Source: Solirubrobacteraceae bacterium (GTDB lineage Bacteria > Actinomycetota > Thermoleophilia > Solirubrobacterales > Solirubrobacteraceae). From it: a stretch of DNA of 64,000 nt. The notes under the pieces are model-generated. The model worked only from the letters and a program-made list of their open reading frames with translations, was not told the origin of the DNA and ran no database searches. Below are positions 57,884-64,000 of the stretch, one piece after another (within the stretch, counting starts at the first letter, position 1; each line of letters begins with the position of its first letter). The stretch is taken from the NCBI GenBank assembly GCA_035632775.1, contig DASQGE010000014.1:13705-77704 (forward strand), in the 5' to 3' direction. The translations under genes were made by a program, and so were the position numbers.

Positions 57884-59250
57884 CGCGACACGGGTATCAG
57901 CTCAGGACCGGCGGAGCCGTCGCGGATCTCCCAGCCACGCGCCTCGATCTCGTCGCGCAGGCGGTCGGCGAGCCCGAAGTCGCGCTCGCGACGCGCGGTC
58001 TCGCGCTGCTTCAAGAGCTGCACGGCCTCGGGGTCGATACCGGCGACGTCGCCCGAGGCTTCGAGCGGCCTCAGGCTCTCCATGCCCAGCACGCCCAGCA
58101 TCTCGCGCAGGTCTGCGTCGCCGACCGACGCTTCGCGACGGTTGGCGTCCCGTACCCACTCGAACAGCGATGCGAGCGCCTTGGGGGTGTTGAAGTCATC
58201 GGCGAGGGCGCCGAAGAACGCCTCCTTGTGATGCACCATCTCGGACGGGCTCGGCCGGCCCCGGACCATGCGTCGCAGGGCATCGCGAATGCGCTGGACC
58301 CGGCGCTCGGCGTCCTCGAGCTCCGACGGCGAGAACGCCAACGGATGACGATAGTGCCCGCCGATCACGTACATGACGACCGCGTCGCGGCCGTAGCGCT
58401 CGAGCACCTCGTGCAGGGGCGCGATGTTGCCGACCGACTTGGCCATCTTCTCGCCGGTGGACTGGATCATGCCGTTGTGCATCCAGATCCGGGCGAGCTC
58501 CTCACCGCGCGCGGAGCGCGTCTGGGAGGCCTCGTTCTCATGGTGGGGGAACACCAGATCCGAGCCGCCGCCGTGGATGTCGAAGCCCACGCCGAGCAGG
58601 CTCTCGGCCATCGCCGAGCACTCGATGTGCCAGCCGGGGCGGCCCGCGCCCCAGGGGGCCTCCCACCAGGTGTCCTCGCCGTCCTTGCGCCCCTTCCACA
58701 GAGCGAAGTCCAGCGGGTCCTCCTTGCGGTCGGCGCCCTCGACGCCCTCGCCCTGGTCCATGTCGTCGAGACGCCGGTGTGAGAGGGTGCCGTAGTCGGG
58801 GTCCGCGCGCACCCGGAAGAACACGTCGCCGCCGCTCTCGTAAGCGTGACCCGCCTCGATCAAGATCTCGATGTAGTCGATGATCGGCCCCATCGTCTCC
58901 GACGCGAGCGGCTCGTGGTCGGGGCGGCCGAGCCCGAGCGCGTCGGTGTCGGCGCGGTAGAGCTCGGCCATCTCCGCCGCCAGCTCGACGCTCGGACGAT
59001 CCTGGGCCCGCGCGGCGTCGTAGATCTTGTCGTTGACGTCGGTCACGTTGACGACCAGCGTCGTCTCGTAGCCCTCGTGCGCGAGAAAGCGCTTGAGCAG
59101 GCTGAAGATCACGTACGGGCGGGCGTTGCCGATGTGGATGCGGCTGTACACCGTCGGCCCACACGCGTAGATGCCGACCCTGCCGGCGTCGCGTGGCCGC
59201 AGCTGGAGCAGCTCGCCGCTGCGGGTGTCGTGCAGGCGAATCTCGCGCAT
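57880..59250 (-). CDS. cysS: Cysteine--tRNA ligase
   Basis: YACGPTVYSRIHIGN (HIGH), GRPGWHIECSAM, DIHGGGSDLVFPHHENE and KMAKS (KMSKS). Confidence 0.97.
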   Translation of the reverse strand: MREIRLHDTRSGELLQLRPRDAGRVGIYACGPTVYSRIHIGNARPYVIFSLLKRFLAHEGYETTLVVNVTDVNDKIYDAARAQDRPSVELAAEMAELYRADTDALGLGRPDHEPLASETMGPIIDYIEILIEAGHAYESGGDVFFRVRADPDYGTLSHRRLDDMDQGEGVEGADRKEDPLDFALWKGRKDGEDTWWEAPWGAGRPGWHIECSAMAESLLGVGFDIHGGGSDLVFPHHENEASQTRSARGEELARIWMHNGMIQSTGEKMAKSVGNIAPLHEVLERYGRDAVVMYVIGGHYRHPLAFSPSELEDAERRVQRIRDALRRMVRGRPSPSEMVHHKEAFFGALADDFNTPKALASLFEWVRDANRREASVGDADLREMLGVLGMESLRPLEASGDVAGIDPEAVQLLKQRETARRERDFGLADRLRDEIEARGWEIRDGSAGPELIPVSR

Positions 59251-59332
59251 CGCCGGGCAACCCTAGCGTCCGCTACCGCTTACACGCCGCAAACCAGAGG
59301 GCTCTCGCCCGTCCGGAGAGCCCAGACGTGTC

Positions 59333-59812
59333 TCAGCCGGCGTGGCGCAGGCTCGCCGTGGCCAGCGCCGCCACGCCCTCGCCACGGCCTACGAAGCCCA
59401 TCCCCTCGCCGGTGGTGGCCTTGACGTTGACGCGGGCGGGCTCCAGCTTCAGCGCGGCCGCCAGACGCTCGCGGATCGCCTGCTTGTGCGGCCCGAGCTT
59501 AGGCGCCTCCATGACGACCGTGCAGTCGACGTTGACGATCTCCAGACCGGCGCCGGCGATGGTCGCGACGACCGCTTCCAGCAGCTTCACCGAGTCGGCG
59601 CCACGCCAGCGCTCGTCGGTGTCGGGGAAGCGCTCGCCGATGTCGCCGAGGCCCGCGGCGCCCAGCAGAGCGTCGATCGCGGCGTGGGCGAGCACGTCGG
59701 CGTCGGAGTGCCCCTGAAGCCCGAGTTCGTAGGGGATCTCGACGCCGCCGATGATGAGCCTGCGCCCGGGGACGAGCCGGTGGGAGTCATAGCCGATGCC
59801 CACGCGGGTCAT
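59333..59812 (-). CDS. ispF: MEcPP synthase
   Basis: [36 protein letters not shown] and [15 protein letters not shown]. Confidence 0.96.
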   Translation of the reverse strand: MTRVGIGYDSHRLVPGRRLIIGGVEIPYELGLQGHSDADVLAHAAIDALLGAAGLGDIGERFPDTDERWRGADSVKLLEAVVATIAGAGLEIVNVDCTVVMEAPKLGPHKQAIRERLAAALKLEPARVNVKATTGEGMGFVGRGEGVAALATASLRHAG

Positions 59813-60648
59813 CGCACCGCCGCCCCGATCGGCTGAAGGCGCCGGGAGCGCCGGTCGAACACGCACAGCTCGCCCACGCCGACGCGCTCCAGCAGTTCGA
59901 GCGCCTGCTCGTAGTCCGCGCCGACGTCCTCGGGGCGGTGGGCGTCGCTGGAGAGCGCGATCGGGGCGCCGGCCTCCACGCACATCCGCAGGAACGGCTG
60001 GGCGGGGTAGATCTCCCGCGCGCGCTTGCGCAGGCCGGCGGTCGAGACCTCGACGGCGATCCCCGACTCGGCGATCGCCTCGATCGCGGGCTCGTAGTAG
60101 CGGCGCAGGTCGCCCTCGGGACGCGGGCGCTCGGGGCCCCACACCTTGACGAGATCGGGGTGCGCGAGAATGTCGAACAGGCCGCTGGACGCCGCCGCCG
60201 CGAGGGTCTGGAAGTAGCCGCGCCAGATCGCCTCGGCGGAGCGCCCGCTCCCCCACACGCTGTAGTCCTCCATGTCGAGGGCCTCGTCGCGCAGGAAGTG
60301 GACCGAGCCGAGCACGTAGTCGAAGTCGTGAGCATCGAGCAGGCTGGCGGTGCGATCCTCGGTGCCCGGCACGAAGTCCGCCTCGATGCCGAGCCGCAGA
60401 TCGGTCTGCTCGCGCACGAAGGCGCAGTAGTCCTCGAGATCGTCGCGCGCGTTCTGAACCCAGAAGGGATGTCGCCAGATCTCGAGCGCCTGTGTGAAGC
60501 GGTAGATGTGCTCGGAGACGCCCAGCTCCACGATCCCCCGCTCGCCGGCCGTCTCGCGGTAGCGCTGAGCATTGGCCGCGGTGAAGTGCTCTGCGGCGGT
60601 CGCGTCCAGAGCGTCGGAGCGCAGGTGGATGTGGTAGTCGGTGAGCAT
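59809..60648 (-). CDS. PHP-family phosphatase (HisJ/HisK-type histidinol phosphatase-like)
   Basis: [38 protein letters not shown] and SSDAH.P.DVG; ATGA overlap with ispF. Confidence 0.88.
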   Translation of the reverse strand: MLTDYHIHLRSDALDATAAEHFTAANAQRYRETAGERGIVELGVSEHIYRFTQALEIWRHPFWVQNARDDLEDYCAFVREQTDLRLGIEADFVPGTEDRTASLLDAHDFDYVLGSVHFLRDEALDMEDYSVWGSGRSAEAIWRGYFQTLAAAASSGLFDILAHPDLVKVWGPERPRPEGDLRRYYEPAIEAIAESGIAVEVSTAGLRKRAREIYPAQPFLRMCVEAGAPIALSSDAHRPEDVGADYEQALELLERVGVGELCVFDRRSRRLQPIGAAVR

Positions 60649-60659
60649 CGGCGGCCGAT

Positions 60660-61376
60660 TCAAGCACGCCGCCGGGCGAGCAGGAGCTCGGCGAGGGCCA
60701 GGTCGAGCTCGGTGGTCACCTTCAGATTCTCGCTCGAGGACCGCACCACCCCGACCCTGCCCCCGAGGCGCTCGATCAGCCAAGCGTCGTCGGTGGCGCT
60801 CGCCAGCACCTCGTCGGGAACGTCCAGCGCCCGTTCCAGCGCGGCGCGACGGAACACCTGGGGCGTCTGCACCGCCCACAGGCAGGAGCGGTCGAGGGTC
60901 TCTGAGACGATCCCCTCGTGGGCGCGCTTGATCGTGTCCGTCACCGGGATCGCGGCGATCGCCGCGTCGAGGCCCTCGTCGGCCTGCAGGGCGTCGATGC
61001 ACGCGCGGGCGAGCTCCTCGCTCACCAGGGGGCGGGCGGCGTCGTGCACGAGCACGGGGTCGCCCGGCCCGGCCGCCGCCAGGGCAAGGCGCACCGACTC
61101 GGAGCGCACGGATCCCCCCCGCACACCGACGGTTCCCTCCGGGGCCTGCACACCATCCGGCAGGGCCAGGACGATGCGCTCGATCGCCGCCACCCCTCCC
61201 AGCGCGTCCACGCTCCAGCTCATCAGCGGCCTGCCGGCGAGGGGGACGAGCGCCTTGGGCAGCTCTCCGCCGAGCCGCTCGCCGCGCCCGGCCGCCACGA
61301 TCAGAGCGACGGCCACAGCATTGCCCCGGCGATCAGCGGCGGCGACAGCATTGCCCCCGCGATGAGCGACGGCCAC
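60660..61376 (-). CDS. ispD: MEP cytidylyltransferase
   Basis: [42 protein letters not shown] and KVTT..DL. The conserved core begins at GTG 61316; upstream GTGs come from a tandem repeat. Confidence 0.95.
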   Translation of the reverse strand: MAVAHRGGNAVAAADRRGNAVAVALIVAAGRGERLGGELPKALVPLAGRPLMSWSVDALGGVAAIERIVLALPDGVQAPEGTVGVRGGSVRSESVRLALAAAGPGDPVLVHDAARPLVSEELARACIDALQADEGLDAAIAAIPVTDTIKRAHEGIVSETLDRSCLWAVQTPQVFRRAALERALDVPDEVLASATDDAWLIERLGGRVGVVRSSSENLKVTTELDLALAELLLARRRA

Positions 61377-61415
61377 AGCATTGCCCCGGCGATCAGCGAC
61401 GGCGACAGCATTGCC
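61305..61415. repeat. 30-bp tandem repeat (about 3.7 copies) spanning the ispD start
   Basis: AGCGRCGGCSACAGCATTGCCCCSGCGATS units at 61305, 61335, 61365 and 61395 (partial). Confidence 0.93.
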
Positions 61416-61480
61416 TGAGCTGTGAGGCTACCGCGCACGCAGCAGGCGATCGGACCTGCTGCGTGCGCGAAAGCCCAGCG

Positions 61481-62095
61481 CTACTCGGCGGCCACCGCGA
61501 GCTGGCTGGAGGCCGAGTTGGCCAGCAGCTCGTCCAGGTAGTCTTCGGCCTCTTCCTCGTCCTTGTCGAGCGCATACATCAGCTCGGAGGCGAGGATCTT
61601 CTTGGCCCGTGTGAACATCTGCTTCTCGCCCGTCGAGAGGCCCTTCTCGGACTCGCGCAACGCCAGGTTGCGCACGACCTCCGCGAGCTCGTAGATGTCG
61701 CCCGTCTTGATCTTGTCGCGGTTGTGCTTGAAGCGGCGGTTCCAGTTCTTGGGCATCTCCGAGACTTCGTCCTGGAGCACGTCCAGCACCTTCTTGACGG
61801 TCTCCTCGTCGATCACCCTGCGCAGACCGGCGATGCCGGCGTTCTCGGTGGGGACCTTGACCGTCATGTCGTTGTGGAGGATCTTGATCGTGAGGTACTC
61901 GCGCCGTTCGCCGAGCATCTCCATCTCCTCCTTGCCCTCGACCTTGCCTGCGCCGTGGTGGGGATAGACGACGTTGTCGCCGAGCTCGAACTCGATGAAC
62001 TCCACCTCGCGGGTGGCCTCGATCTCCTCCAACAGCGACTCCGCGGCTGCCTCCGCCACTGCGGACGAGGCCTCTTCGGTTGCTTGTGCGGTAAT
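61481..62095 (-). CDS. carD: CarD transcription regulator with acidic N-terminal extension
   Basis: GD.VVYPHHGAG, GLRRVI, NWNRRFK.N..K..TG and LS.GEK. Start uncertain: ATT 62095 with AAGGAGG, TTG 62143 or GTG 62005. Confidence 0.9.
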   Translation of the reverse strand: MTAQATEEASSAVAEAAAESLLEEIEATREVEFIEFELGDNVVYPHHGAGKVEGKEEMEMLGERREYLTIKILHNDMTVKVPTENAGIAGLRRVIDEETVKKVLDVLQDEVSEMPKNWNRRFKHNRDKIKTGDIYELAEVVRNLALRESEKGLSTGEKQMFTRAKKILASELMYALDKDEEEAEDYLDELLANSASSQLAVAAE

Positions 62096-62139
62096 GGTGT
62101 CCTCCTTCGTCGTGGCCCGCCTTGGCGCGGGCCCATAAA

Positions 62140-63249
62140 TCAAGTCTGTAGGTACCGGTCCACGAGATTGATCTCCTGCAGCCGGCGCAGCCCCTCGCGG
62201 ATGTCCTTCGCCCTGATCTCCCCCACGCCCTCGACCGCCTCGAGCTCCGAGTCGGTCGCGGTCAGCAGCTCGTCCAGGCCCCCGAACTCGGTGACGATCT
62301 GCGTCACGACCAGCTTGGGGAGCCTGGGGATCCGCCCCAGCACGCGATAGCCGCGCGGCGAGACGGGGTAGTCGAGCGTGTTCAGCTTGCGGTCGTAGCC
62401 GACCAGCTCGGCGAGCCGGCCGAAGTCGAGCAGGTCCTGATGCGCAAGCCGCCCGATCTCCTCCAGCGCCCGTGCGAACGCTTCGTCGGAGTAGCTGGAC
62501 AGGTAGTCGCGCACGAGCGCGGCCTTCTCAGCGGCCGCGCCGACCATCGTCTCCTCCAGCTGCATCTCGATCAGGCGCCCCTCGCTGCCGAGCTCGACGA
62601 TGTAGCGCTCGATCTCCACGGCCATGCGCGTGACCAGCTCCGAGCGCTGCAACACGGTCAGCACGTCGTGCAGCGTCGCGCCGCCCTCGAACTCGAGTGC
62701 GGTCAGGCGCGTGGAGACCTGGTCCAGGCGACTGCGGTACTTGTCGAGCGTCGCCAGCGCCTGGTTGGCCTTGGCCAGCACCACGGGGATGTCGGCCAGG
62801 ATGTACTTGACGCCGTCGACGTACAGCGAAACCACCTCGCGCCGCTGGGAGATCGCGATCACCAGGGCATCGGTCTGCTTGGACACGCGCTCGGCCGTGC
62901 GATGACGCGTGCCCGTCTCGTGCGAGAGGATCGTCGGGTCGGGCATCAGCTGGACGTTGGCCATCGAGATCTTGGTCGCGTTCGCGTTGAGGATGATCGC
63001 GCCGTCCATCTTGGCGACCTGATACAGGAACGCGGGGCTGTAGTCGATCTCCAGCTTGATCCCGCCCGAGTTCAGGAAGCTGAGCTCCTCGGGCTCGCCG
63101 ATCACGATCAGCCCACCGGTGTGCGCGTGCAGGATGCTCTCGATGCCCTCCCGCAGCGCGGTCCCCGGCGCGATCATCTCCAGCGCCTTCATCAGCCCCG
63201 GCTCCGGCCTTGCTTCTATATCGAATTCTTCGCCGGATCGTGGAGCCAC
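62140..63249 (-). CDS. disA: DNA integrity scanning diadenylate cyclase
   Basis: APGT.LREG.E.I, KMDGAII (DGA), ETGTRHRTAER (RHR) and a C-terminal HhH. Start uncertain (frame open to 63399). Confidence 0.95.
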   Translation of the reverse strand: MAPRSGEEFDIEARPEPGLMKALEMIAPGTALREGIESILHAHTGGLIVIGEPEELSFLNSGGIKLEIDYSPAFLYQVAKMDGAIILNANATKISMANVQLMPDPTILSHETGTRHRTAERVSKQTDALVIAISQRREVVSLYVDGVKYILADIPVVLAKANQALATLDKYRSRLDQVSTRLTALEFEGGATLHDVLTVLQRSELVTRMAVEIERYIVELGSEGRLIEMQLEETMVGAAAEKAALVRDYLSSYSDEAFARALEEIGRLAHQDLLDFGRLAELVGYDRKLNTLDYPVSPRGYRVLGRIPRLPKLVVTQIVTEFGGLDELLTATDSELEAVEGVGEIRAKDIREGLRRLQEINLVDRYLQT

Positions 63250-63402
63250 TTTGGTCCATTCTACGGCATCAGGCCTCCCTCCAGCCCTCTCGCGGACCCG
63301 CGCCCGCGCCGGCACTGGGCGTGCACCGGTCCTCATGGCGCGAGCTTGGTCGGCCGAGTCGCCCCGCCTGGCAGCGCCCGCCCGCTCGGCCGGCGCCACC
63401 GC

Positions 63403-63963
63403 TCAGCCGGCGCCGACGACCGCGCTGCGCCGCTCGTACAGAGCCACGTCCCGCCAGCGCCCGTCTCGCATCTGCCCGACGCGACGGCGCACGCCCACGA
63501 GCTCGAAGCCGCAGCGCTCGTGCAGCGCGATCGAGGCCTCGTTCTCGGGGAAGACCCCTGCCGTCAGCGTCCAGAAGCCCGCGCGCTCGGAGTCCTCGAC
63601 GAGCGCCTGAAGCAGCGCGCGCCCGATTCCCCGGCGCGCGAAGGCCGGATCGACGTAGACGCTCACCTCGGCGACACCTCGATAGACCGCCCGAGCCGAG
63701 GTCAGGCTCAGCGCCGCCCAGCCGAGAACCTCGCCCGACTCCCGTGCCACGAGCCGCGGATCGAGGACCCGCGCGCTCGACCACTGCTCCCAGGAGGGCA
63801 CGGCGTGCTCGAACGTGGCGTCGCCGCCGGCGACGCCGGCGGCGTAGATACGAGCAACCGCCGGCCAGTCGGCGGCCGTCATCGCCGAGATCGTCAGATC
63901 GCGCGGCCCCGCGGCGGGGGCGGGTGAAGGCGCCGGCGACTTCCGGGTCGGCTCAGGGTCCAC
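63403..63963 (-). CDS. GNAT N-acetyltransferase (phosphinothricin/methionine-sulfoximine acetyltransferase-like)
   Basis: IY..G...ATFE, R.VYRGVAEVSVYV, GIGRALL, IFPEN.ASI.LH..CGF..VG.R. Confidence 0.9.
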   Translation of the reverse strand: MDPEPTRKSPAPSPAPAAGPRDLTISAMTAADWPAVARIYAAGVAGGDATFEHAVPSWEQWSSARVLDPRLVARESGEVLGWAALSLTSARAVYRGVAEVSVYVDPAFARRGIGRALLQALVEDSERAGFWTLTAGVFPENEASIALHERCGFELVGVRRRVGQMRDGRWRDVALYERRSAVVGAG

Positions 63964-64000
63964 GTCCCGATATCTGCCGGGATCGATGCGGCCGTGGGCG

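Overview
High-GC (about 70% by inspection) bacterial chromosome segment. Gene content and order point to a deep-branching actinobacterium (Thermoleophilia/Solirubrobacterales-like; inferred, not searched). Left to right it holds: an envelope glycolipid locus (NodB deacetylase, DMT transporter, GT28-pseudo-deacetylase fusion, GT-C, WecA); the rpmE-DUF1385-prfA-prmC-tsaC operon; a fatty-acid and acyl-CoA catabolism region (etfB-etfA-ETF:QO, B12-binding mutase domain, MeaB, two thiolases, acyl-CoA dehydrogenase, 3-hydroxyacyl-CoA dehydrogenase); a methyltransferase/GH57/acetyltransferase trio resembling mycobacterial Rv3030/Rv3031/Rv3034c (methylglucose lipopolysaccharide locus); xseAB; an ECF sigma/membrane protein/rhomboid block; tRNA-Thr(UGU) followed by about 14 kb of accessory genes (VapBC, secreted proteins, GH27, a membrane module) ending at a degenerate copy of the tRNA 3' end; and the disA-carD-ispD-PHP-ispF-cysS-rlmB-sigH operon ending in a Bacillus-type SigH. 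Non-coding signals include a shared 16-bp palindromic operator, a candidate CRP-controlled C-rich sRNA, a 158-bp MITE-like element, a dispersed bipartite repeat, three tandem repeats, two mini-ORFs created by junction duplications and many leaderless-type -10 boxes. All family calls come from recognised motifs and gene order; no database search was run.
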